Assembly: GCA_015680685.1 (NCBI GenBank)
Contig: MNCI01002435.1
Location: forward strand, 212,282 to 276,281
Direction: 5' to 3'
Origin: Gnetum montanum
Lineage: Eukaryota > Plantae > Gnetophyta
DNA: 64,000 nt
Below the pieces are notes generated by a model. That model had not been told where the DNA came from, did no database searches, and saw only the letters and a program-made list of their open reading frames with translations. How positions within the stretch are numbered: position 1 is the first letter of the stretch; every line of letters starts with the position of its first letter. A program made the translations under genes and the position numbers. This document shows positions 52,512 to 64,000 of this stretch, in pieces.

Positions 52512-55500
52512 TTACCGGAAAGGAGTTTGGCATAGGGGACACAGTGACTTGTTTGAAGTTGAAAACCATCTATAAATGCAAGCAGCATGAAATTTGTGTT
52601 TGCACGTTTTGCATGGTAGACGTGGAAGGCTGTGATCTACTGTATGAGTAATGCTATAGCAAATTGGACATTCCTCAACACCCTCAAGTTCACGATCAAT
52701 GTTACGCTTCCAGATTTGAATTGCTTCTGCAACAGCTCCATTCTGCAAACAAGAACACCCAAAACAAAAAAGGTGCTTGCATGAGAAAAACTCCACCCTA
52801 CAGTCAAATGAATTTGCAAAGCGCCCCATAAATTTTAAAACAAAACAATCAATTGGTGATATTTCTAATAAACTGACACCATGCACTTCCATCAACAAAA
52901 CATTTACAATCATCTATTTATATTTTGAGCCACACACTCTGTTCATAAAGACTATTACTAACATGTTTCCACTCTAAATAAAATAATTACCCTTTCCTTG
53001 TTGCTTTCATATTTTCCTTGCGATTTATTTATGACATTACTAATAAATACCACTTCTACGGTCCCCACTTATTTCAACACAACCCCAGTCCATTCGTAGA
53101 TACTGATCGGCATTCCATCAAGCGCAGGAGAAAAGGCCTTTTGAATGATTAGTTATCAATTTCAGAAAGAATGCTAGGCTAGCATTACCCATCATTGTTT
53201 GGTCTTGTGGTTGGTGTGCTTGTCTCTTGTTTCAAATACGAGAGTTCGATTCCACGTCTCAAACTCCAGGTGATTAATAGAAAAATTAGAAATTTTTTTT
53301 AAAAAATACTAAGCATGAAGTCGGGCTTTGCCCGATGTCAGAGCACCCTTCCTAGGGCTTATGTGAGTTACAAGCAGACCAACTGGTCCGGCGCTCTTTG
53401 ATAGCTGAATCCATCTCTTCAATGATTTGAGCAAAGTTCTGGAGGGCATCTCAATTCGGACAATGCTAGTGCAAAGCTAAGATTATACCAAACCGTTTGA
53501 AAAACATGCTACTGATAAAAAAAACCCATGCAAAGATGGTTACGTGATTCTTCACTTTGGATAATGCTAGTGCAAAACTAAGATTATACCAAACAGTTTG
53601 AACAACATACTACTGATCAGGGGGAAATAAAACCAACAAACCGTCTACAGATGGCTACCTGGTTGCGAACAAATGCTGCCATTGAAAGTATCCATTTCCT
53701 TAGACGTGTTTCTGAGACACCTAACTGTTCAGTGCATTCAATCTCAACAATTCGCAAAGGATAGCATGCAGGCAACCGAATTGTAACATCCATGTAGGAT
53801 TCCTCTCTTCGATAAACAGAGGTAATCTCCCTAGCAGATCTGTTGGCCTTTATAGACAAGTTGTCATCTGAAATGGCAGGCACTTGTATCTGGGCAAAAA
53901 CGTGGAAGTAAACAAAAGTTGTTAGCAAGGAGATACTGGCCATTTTCATAAAAACATTTGTTAGGAAAGTTAACTATGCCACTAATTGTAGAATGAATTT
54001 AAACTTGAAAGCAATTGGAATTCTTGTTACGGCTGCTAACATAATCTGGAAAGGTCCTTCTTGGATGACATTGGGGCTTACCACACAAGCATTTTGTGTA
54101 CAACATTTTAAACCAAAGTTCTTACCACATGCTAAATTATACATTCTTAAACACGTTAATTCTCATCTTTAAAAAAATTACTCAAACAGAAATGGCAGCC
54201 AGACTGTGAATATAAACAATTCTTACCTGAGAAAATTCTTCGTCAAGGAGTGCTGGGCTACACCATGCAGTAGTAAATGTTTCAATAGCAGATGCTTTAG
54301 ATCTATCACGTAAACTTGAAAACCAATCTCTGACATAAGCTGGAAAGACTCTTAGCATCATTCCGAATATTGCTCCAGAAAGTGTTGTTATTTCTTCAAT
54401 TCCTAATGGCCACAAGGCTTGTACAGCAAAAGATACAGAACCCGTAGCTGCTGCTCTTTTAGCTGCAGCTGCACCAGCAGTTGCCTGACCGGATAACATA
54501 TTACCTTTTTTCTTGGATCCATGGAGCTTAATGTCATTAACAAGTACTTGTTGAAATAAGGTATCCAGTAATGTCAAACAACACCGTGTATCTTGTATAT
54601 ACTGCACTAGCAATTCTCTTGTTGATGATTGGGAAGGAACGCTTTGGACACATGTCAAAAATAGTGCCCACGCAAGTAGATATTCAACCTGTTAAAACAT
54701 ATCAAGATTAGAAGACGATGTGTTAGAGACGTTAAAAGTAAAAAGAATACTTCTTGTTAATACTGAAATCTTTGTAAAAATACTGTACTTCAAATCATGA
54801 ACCATCTCATTTCTGCATAAATAATATATTACCCAGGTTTGTGAAGTAAGATTGTTGTCAAGCAACTTCACAGAAGACAGCTGAAGAACATAATGAAGTT
54901 CAGGCCAAACAGTAATAGATGCATCTGGAGATGGATCAATTTCAACATTCTTCCTCGTATCTTCCTCAATTACTTCTTCTGCTAAAGACCTCTGAACTTC
55001 TCTTACTAATGCTATTTGTTTAATAGGATGTTCAGAAAGAATATCAAAAGCTGCCAGCTGCAATGATGGATGAGGATGGATGGAGAAAAGAAGTGAATAT
55101 AATGAATTCAAAGCACCCTTGCTGAGACCCCAAAGATCTGCGGCACGCACTGCTGCTTCCCTTGCTCTAGCCGGCGCAAAATTCACAACTTCGCTGACGG
55201 TCTTCCAGAAATGAGCATTATGTTGTCTAGAAAATGCAATGGTAGCTCCACCAGCTTCTGCTGCACAGGAACTTGCAGCAATTGCTTCTGCTATGCCTGT
55301 GGCTAAAAGCAACCGAAGAACAGCTTCAAAAGATCGAGTCTCAACTCTTTCCCAGTTAGCATCTTTCAAAGAATCTAACGATTGGGCAAATTCTTCTCCT
55401 TCTACATTCTGCAATCTATGAATAAGAGAGAAAATAAAAACTGCATATTCACCCAGATCCATTGAGAATTCATTAAATTTTTCAACTGCTTTCTTTATTT

Positions 55501-58500
55501 GCTCAACCATGGTATCAAGTGAGGCATCCGGAACCTTCGAAATATCATCGACTGCCTCTGTCAACTCTTCAACTTGACAAACTATTGTATCTAGCCACTT
55601 GCGCATCCAAGGAAAAATGAAAAGCCAATCAGATTCACCAAATTCTTTCCAACAATAGCCTACAGTCACAGAAATTAATTTAGCCAAAGACAGTTCTGCT
55701 CTTAACTCCAATTCAGCGTTCCATTCTGCTCCTGATGCAATTGCAGCTCGACGCTCAGCTGCTGAAGCTCGATACTCGGATGCAGCTTCCAAATGTGACT
55801 GACGACGAAACAGAGCCAACAACATTTCTTTCTCTGGAAAGCTTATGTCAGTTGTGGGTAATACAGTCGATGAATTCTTTGCTTCTTTCGTGGTTAGCGG
55901 AAAGCAGGACACGACAATATCAACCCAATTGTGAACATCTAATAGAAAAATTGATTGTGTTAACAAAGTGTACAAAAATAATCAAAAATGACGACCAAAA
56001 GCCTTCAGTGCAGGTTATGTAAATTAACTACCTAAAATAAAAGAACAATGAAATGTGTTTACCTGGATTTTGCATTTTGCTGGATACCATCGGTGGCAGA
56101 AAGAGCACTTTACTCAACCATTTACATGAAAATTCTTGTATTTGTTCCAAAATTTCCAAATGTTCACTATCAGCTGTAGCATTCCTTGCAAATGGAATCA
56201 AAATTTGTAATGCATGAGGTAGCACTTTTGTAGAACTTAAATCATCATCCTTGTCTGCAAAGTGACTATGTAAAACGTGATTAAGCAAAATCCTACAAGC
56301 ATCTTTCACGGTCCATGCATTGCCATCTTTGAACAACAATACAAGGAGTGCAACCAGAGATCGCAACAACGGATCTGAAATCCTCTCAAGTTCAATTTCA
56401 GTGATAACCCAAGCATTTATGTGGAGGGACATTTCTAACGTGCTCTTTCTTGTTACACAATTAAATAGTATGTCAGCAATGTAATTCAACATAATCCGGC
56501 ATGTATTTTCTGTGCCATTTTGAACAGGTTCATGCAATAAAGACACTAGAGTTTCAACTGCACTGCCTCCTGGCCATTTCCATCTGCACAAAATTTCAAC
56601 TATTAACCAGAATCTGCAATCTGAAATTTTTTCTGGAGTTGAAATTACTGTTTCATCCACAATGACAGATGAAATCCTCGACATGGAATGGAAGAAAACT
56701 TTCTCATTTCCAATGAGTGAAATGATGCTGTCTATAAGCATCATAAACCTTGTGTGCACATGATTCTGCACTCAAACAACACACTAACAAAATATTAATT
56801 CATCTAGAGCTTATGTAGAAGCATGAATATATTCTTAGCAAACGATACAAAAAACGTGAACAAATTCATCATTTTAGAAATTTCCAAAATTAATTCTGTC
56901 AAATACAATTTTAAAACTCAAATTCTAACTTCAACATTAATATCTAGCTCTACTGAAGCAAGTAAATAAACCAACAATAAACTAATCATAAGAGAAAAAG
57001 GCTGATTTAGAGACATATAGCCTAAGGCTATCCCGAATGTCTCTAAGAAAACGATACGATGAGAACATTTCAGACACAATTTCCAAAAATGTAATTAACA
57101 ACCATCATAAACATTAATTATGACATTGAGAAAGAATTGATGATTTTAACAATGCATGATAAATAACATTACAAACAATTCTTGTAAATGTAAGGTTTAT
57201 TATGATCACGCACTGCTGAATCTCCTGAGGAAAGACGATAGTCAACAGAAATATTCAACTTGCAGCTAGGAATCTGTTTTGCCCAAACAGGCCAACCTTC
57301 AGTTGGCAGTAACAAATGATCCACAATATGATGTTCCTCATTTTCAGTATCACATGTGTAAAGCATTGTATCTACCAGCCACTCACAGCATAAATTAACA
57401 ATGACCTCATCATCAAACGTGCAATTTCTGGAAATTATAAATCTGATCATATCAATTAGGACATACTGTAAACGCTGCAGAGCTGATAAACTAAATGACT
57501 TGCAAGAGGATAAAACTTTGGTCCAAAGCATATGCACTGATTTTAGAAATGTCCTCCTGCTTCCATTCTCAGCTTCTACTGCATTAGTTTCACCTAGTTC
57601 ATCCATCTGATACAGACTTTCTTCATGATAAGGATCTGAAGATATATTCTCAGAAGCTCTAATATTTTCATACAGCTTCCACAGAGTCCACATGGCTGTG
57701 CTGTCATCTGATAAACTTAGCATTCTGGTTCCCCAATAAAAGAAAAATGGAAAAGCTAAAATGCATGGTACAAGTTGAGAATCTTGATCAATTATCTTAA
57801 GGCAGCCAAAACATTTACAGAGTATTTCTGCAGCAGTATTTGCAATAGCTAATAGCTCATCTTCTGATTTAGTAAACAGTTCCATACTCTTGCACTGAAC
57901 CAACAAATATGCTTGCTCCACCCATTCAAGTGAGATGTCCTTGAAATATACATAAAGATATTTTACTAACCTTTCTATGACCAGATTAACAGCTTCCTTT
58001 GAAATAAGAGGTAAATCTTGCTCTCCACCTCCTCCAAGAACGCTCCTAAACAGCATGGAAGCATAACACATTTAAGAGATATTTCTTTAACATAACTGGA
58101 CAACAAACACAAAGAGTTATGGCTACTGAATGTAGTATTAATTCAACAAATGAAAGTCAACTAACTTACATCAAAAGATGGCAGGATGAGGGCTTCACCA
58201 GCATATCATGATTAGTAACGGTTACAGCTATATCATCAAGCTTCTTTGATTGCCACCTCATGGCTTCCGAACCTATTCCTTCACCAGAGACATCTGAAGC
58301 ATTCTGGAAAATAAACTTACTCCGGACTCTATCCAGAAGAGCAGCCAAAACTTCAATACGATCACTGTCTCCAGCCATATCAGCTCTTTCACATGTCTCA
58401 ACATCTGAACCTGCTAGAAAATTAACTACCCAATCCCAGTGGCTCTGAATATAAGGTGTCTCTAAAAACGAAAGTAATAGATCAAGCTTTGAACTTGGGC

Positions 58501-61500
58501 AATTATGAATGTTGCCCAAGCACCATCTGACAATGCTAGACTTAAAAAACTCAATCAGCTCATCTTCCTGAAACTCTTGCTTATGTTCAATGTTGAACTT
58601 AACGGTTGTTATTCCTTCTTCATTAACAAACTGTTCAAGTGATAAGACTTTTGGTCCAAATGCAGATATAATGACAGACAACAAAGCAAACACAGCAGGG
58701 GCAACCTGAAATTTCACATGAACTGCTGTCAATATCTACGTCGGGATGCAAAGCAGATCTTTTTCTCAAGAATAGTCTGAAAAGCCGTTAAATTAGAAAA
58801 GGCATAGATTTACTTTAAATATAGCGCATACCTAATGTATGTCAATATAAATCAAGAAAATTCACAAAAATATTCCTTCAGCTGCTTCATAAAATCAATA
58901 ATTACAAGCCCTATATAGACTAACCTACTAGAGAAATGCATTTATTACTCATCCCAAAATTTTAACAATCCAAAAATTGTAAGAGATTTGGTAACAAATT
59001 CAATCAAAGTTAAAAATTCAAAGAAAAAGATCTGACTGTTACTGCAAAGAAGTTTGGTATTCAATATATGCAAAATTTTTAAAGCTCAAGAAAAATTCAA
59101 GTTATTTGCAAACAGAAAGTATTGTTACTCACATTTGTTTTGATTAAAGGAAGTAAATTTGCTATGAAAGGCCTTGCAATATGAATCAGTGCCCAATCCT
59201 TTCCCTGATTTAATGTTCTTTCTCCCATCCAGGAAAAGAAATGGGAAAGCCTATTAAGATACAGATCATCTCCAGTTGACGCCTCATTCTTCAAATCCTG
59301 AACGTATTTCAATGACTCTCTCTGAAATTCACTTCCAAACACCTGAACCAAGGCTGGATTCAATGAATGAAGTTCTGATAAAAGGTCAATAATAATGCTT
59401 CCCAAATCCCGTAGAAAACTACCCGGATGCTTGGAACCTAATCTATCTGAGGATGCCTTTTCTGGATGCTGAGTGAGTTTCACTTTTCCACCCTCACTTG
59501 ATATCCCTGCCTTTGTGTCTCCGGTATAATAAGACCATAGAAGTTTTAAAATTACCAGTTGAGTCATCCTAGAACGAAACATTTCAGCAGCAGCTTCATC
59601 ATTCTTTGTGTACCTGCATGGTGAAGAACATGCTCAAGATTAAATTTTAGGCATAGGAAACATTCAGTATTTCCTCAGACTGTTATGGTCAAACAACAGT
59701 AATATCAAATTGCAAGATAGATATTTTTGTATCGAAATATATTATTTTAAAAGAATTTGTTGTTAAAACATCTTCTAGCAAGAACATGGGGCTAGCCCAC
59801 CAAAGATCGAGGATTCCAGCTCCATCAAAATAACGGAATAAAATTCTATGGGAATTGAGACAAACTGTAACTAATAGTAGCAAATTTATTAATGCATAAA
59901 GAAAGATTTCTGTAGACTAAACAAACCTTGAAGCATGTTTTACAACCCAAATGAAGCATTCCTTTAAGGCTGTAAAAAGTGCAGCCTTATCATGTGAGGA
60001 TGCCCCGACAGCATGACTGCCTAACCAAAGGTTTGTAAAGAAATCAGCGAGAAAGCTTTCAGAGATGATATCTGCCGGAATGGAACTCAACATTGGAAGC
60101 AAACAAGGATATGACAACAGCTGTGATCCATAGCAACCATGTCGAAGGAAACTCCAAAACCTTGGTAACACAACTTTCTGAACAGGAGCTGCCTCCCAAG
60201 CATTAGAGATTATTCTTGTAAATAGAATTAACAAATCCCACATTGCTGAATGGCAGGTTGGATCCTTTTCTTGAAATGTTCCTAACACTAAATTTGATGA
60301 TATTTTCAAATCTCCCTTAACAAAAACTTGGGGAACAAACTTCACAAAGCTTGTTAAGGCTTTGTAGATTGCAGAACGCAACCGAGGGCTATGTGGTTTC
60401 AACATTTCCTTGAAATATTTATGAGAATGGCAGATTCTTTCTGCTGCTGCAGTGGCCCCGGATCTTGTCTTTGCATGCAGTTTTAGTTCTGAATCGCTAA
60501 AACTTCCAGTTTCATGAGATATCTCCAAAGATGGACCAAGGAAAACTTCAAGTAGAGATGCCAAAGCAAGCAGAGTGGATGCTATCACCTGATGTACAAA
60601 ATTAGATGTCAAAATAAAAAATAAAAAAAAAAACAAGTTCAGATATAAACCCAACTTAAATACTGCTGAAGGATGTGGTAGAACAGAATCACAAACTGTA
60701 GAGGAAAGCATGGCGAATTCTAAATACTGCAAGCAGTTGTAAATGCTGAGGATGCATTTATGTCCAAAATTAGTAAATAAAGCTTTTTGATAAAATTCAC
60801 AGAAAAGAATAAAACATTTCTGAAATCCAAATCAAATAGATGAAGCTTTACTCTCCGACAAATGCAATGGACAAATACAAAGGATAAATTTCAAACAACG
60901 ATTGCACAATACACCAGTGTGAGTGTGCTGAGAACACACAGAAAGAGATGCAATATTTAATAGTTTGTACTTACACGTTCATGTATTTCATCTAGTTCCT
61001 CCAATGGAACTACCCGGTCTAATATAGTTTGTGGAGTAAGCTTAAGATTTTCTTCTAGGTAGAGGAAAATCTCATTCTGACAGAAAATCAGTACTTCCAA
61101 TCTCCTTCGTTCTGCTGGAAAAACCACCTAGCAAGCAAAGCACGAGAAAATGAGGTATCAAAATTTATGAACTTACTACAGTTGATAGTCAATAAGAAAC
61201 ATTGACAGAACGTCACTTAATTATGATTTAATTAGGCAATATATAGCAATCAATAATAATACCGTTTCCTTCTTTAAACTAGTAAAAAATTTAGGTCCAG
61301 GTTCAAATCAGCACATTCCTATATTCTACTTTCAACTTGTACGGCTTTGACCAATTAACTGAGTCCATCAGTATAGGAATTTGGCTTTCTGCTTCAGTTA
61401 CTTAGTTCATACAATCTATAATTTGAACATTAAGTCGTTCGCTTTGATCAATGTTGTCAGTTTGGTCATTATTGAAAACTGAAACAATCAGAAGTCATTA

Positions 61501-63513
61501 TCTCAGTTGCCCAACCCATTCGGTTCATGCTTCATAGTGCAAATTTTGGTATTTGCTGCATAAATATTACCATACATCATCGAGTTTTTGATGCACAAAC
61601 ACGGAAAATCATGGCAATTGAAGGGACTGGTAAGGAGATCCATTTGGATATAGCAGACGGGTTATAGGTTGGAGTTCCCAGTGTATTACCGGCTCTAATA
61701 GCAAATTTCAGATCACATGATACCTGCCGGTAACCCTAGTACAGGATGACCATCGAGAGTAAGGTTCATTTTGCAGAAAATTTTTAACTGCAGCATTCAT
61801 TTTACTGTTCTATTTGTTCTGACTGGCCAGCAAATGATCATAATAGTCGCTTCTTACCATCCATTTGTTACATAATTAAAGATTTATATGATTGTCATGT
61901 AGAGCTAAACTGAACTTTATTTTTCACCAAATTGCTTTAGTCTTGTCCAAATCGATTGTCTGTTTAAGTTAAACCAAGCAACCTAACCAACTTGGTCTGA
62001 TAATTGAACTAAACTGATCTATGACCAGAACTAAATTGACTGAAAACATGACAATTTGGTTTCACCAAATATCCAAGTTAAAAATACATGAGTTAAATTG
62101 CTTTATAAATGAACGAAGTCAATTGATCAAAGTAGGGTAATAGGGTAAGTGGATTATGTGAATTAAAGTTTCATTAAAACTATAAATTTCAGGATAAAGT
62201 TATGGTTGATGTCCTATACAACAGAACTCATGATACCATATTTTAGTCTTGTCCAAATTGATTGTCTGTTTAAGTTAAACTGAGCAACCTAACCAACTTG
62301 GTCTGATAATTGAACTAAATTGACCTATGACCAGAACTAAATTGACTGAAAACATGACAATTTGGTTTCACCAAATATCCAAGTTAAAATACATAAGTTA
62401 AATTGCTTTATAAATGAACTAAGTCAATTGATCAAAGTAGGGTAAATAGGATAAGTGGATTATGTGAATTCAAGCTTCATTAAAACTATAAATTTCAGGA
62501 TAAAGTTATGGTTGATGTCCTATACAACAGAACTCATGATATGATATTTTTAGTCTTGCCCAAATATATTGTCTGTTTAAGTTAAACCGAGCAACCTAAC
62601 CAACTTGGTCTGATAATTGAACTAAACTGATCTATGACCAGAACTAACTTGACTGAAAACATGACAATTTGGTTTCACCAAATATCCAAGTTAAAATACA
62701 TAAGTTAAATTGCTTTATAAATGAACTAAGTCAACTGATCAAAGAAGTAAGTAGGGTAAATAGGGTAAGTGGATTATGTGAATTAAAGTTTCATTAAAAC
62801 TATAAATTTCAGGATAAAGTTATGGTTGATGTCCTATACAACAGAACTCATGATACCATATAATTCTTGTATCATGAAAGTTCTCAAAACACACAAAAGT
62901 CAAGCTTATTGCACATGGAGAGCCCTCCTTTTTTGCTTTCGGTAAACTGTACTCTGCTAAAAGACATGTGATATCTAACCTATGTAAGTCACAATCTGTT
63001 TAATATTCACGCACAACTGCAGGCAAAAAAATAAACATTTGTTACAGAACCAGATTATAAATGCAACTGTCAACCTCAAAGGAACGAACTGCAGCTTCAG
63101 AAACTTCTATGCAGGGATCAAATTGAGATAGCCACCATGCACCCATTAATGACTTCAAGTGTGGAGCTAGTCCTTTGCTAAACAATAAAACACTGTGAAT
63201 GTTGAATGTCTTGCAATATGAAACTGTTAAGGGAAAGGGAAAATCATGCAAAAGTTAACAAACCCAACAGCAGTGGCAAGCTCCTGCATGACATTCTGTG
63301 CTGCTAGTCGAACTTGTCTTGAATTATCCTGGACAAGTCTTTTGTACTCAAAAACCTGATATTGAAAATTATAACATAAATCAGCCAAACAAATTTAAAA
63401 ATAAATAACTTCAATATGTAAAAAATGACTCATACCCATTGTGGAAGAATTTGAGAAATATTTTCAGATGGATTTTCTTTAATGAGAGCACCAAGAGATG
63501 TCAACGCCTTAAT
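52512..63513 (-). CDS. LTN1: E3 ubiquitin ligase listerin (5' exons beyond the window); exons 63436-63513, 63264-63354, 63075-63177, 60975-61127, 59927-60588, 59133-59613, 58170-58705, 57214-58045, 56063-56765, 54833-55938, 54227-54688, 53659-53889, 52512-52742
   Basis: N-terminal [20 protein letters not shown]-like IRLPACYPL and C-terminal [38 protein letters not shown]. Canonical splice sites. Confidence 0.96.
53200..53260 (+). mobile_element. tRNA-derived SINE head (LTN1 last intron)
   Basis: A-box-like TGGTCTTGTGG and B box GTTCGATTCC at tRNA-like spacing, without a cloverleaf. A similar decayed head lies at ~34630-34685. Confidence 0.45.
61935..62860. repeat. Tandem repeat, three copies of ~306 bp, inside an LTN1 intron
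   Basis: Units start TTTAGTCTTG at ~61936, 62242 and 62548 and are nearly identical. Confidence 0.95.
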
Positions 63514-64000
63514 CTGCAGAGGGAAAAAAACAACCGTAATGAAATGGCTTCTTTCCAAGATAGTACAGGAGACATTACAAATGCTACAACAAAAAATTAT
63601 TAAGAATTTCAACATGCAAGGACTTGATTTGACATAAATTTATGTCTCGTGAAGATTTGAACATAAGATCATGTCTTGTAAATATTTTTGGATGTCATAT
63701 TACATACATTTAGACTTTTTAATCATTGGTGTTCAATGCTTAAAGCATATTATGCTAATGTTTCATTTTCAGTGTTGCTAAATTGGGAAGCACAAGCGTG
63801 ATTTTATAGCAACAATGAGCTAAAATAACAAGATCCTATATCTCCTTTTCTTTTCATTATGATGGTTGAAGCTTTAAGATGCCTCATTAAAGATAATTAA
63901 AAAAGAAGAGATTAAAGAAATCACACCAACTTATGGTTTGCATGATTTTACACATGTGCAATTTGTTGATGATACTTTTATCTTCCTACAAGCAGAAGAA

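Noticed and set aside
53200-53260. tRNA gene
   Set aside because: A B box is present but no cloverleaf forms, so it is treated as a SINE head.

Overview
Land-plant nuclear DNA with AT-rich GT-AG introns; a non-angiosperm origin such as a lycophyte or fern is possible but is only an inference. The left ~34 kb is dominated by five related Athila-like Ty3/gypsy LTR elements (A-E) with TGATG..CATCA ends and a tRNA-Asp primer site. Three of them form a triple nest, each confirmed by a 5-bp target-site duplication: C 15261-34200 (ATAAA) contains D 19417-33226 (GTGTT), which contains E 26965-31966 on the minus strand (TACAT). No pol gene is visible in any of them. LINE and SINE remnants and an intronless GCK-domain gene (10103-10564) also lie in this half. 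The right half holds a 7-exon DAP3/mS29 gene, a candidate MIRNA gene, a 9-exon spermidine synthase gene and most of an LTN1/listerin E3 ligase gene (minus strand, 5' end outside the window). Highlights: (1) a repeated RNA structural module with compensatory base changes, shared by all five LTR families, plus a conserved pseudoknot-like pairing at the U5 end; (2) a miRNA-type hairpin at 43541-43665 whose 3p arm is antisense to codons for the LRR motif LNLSNN; (3) an internal LTR-like promoter in front of the env-like ORF2 of element D.
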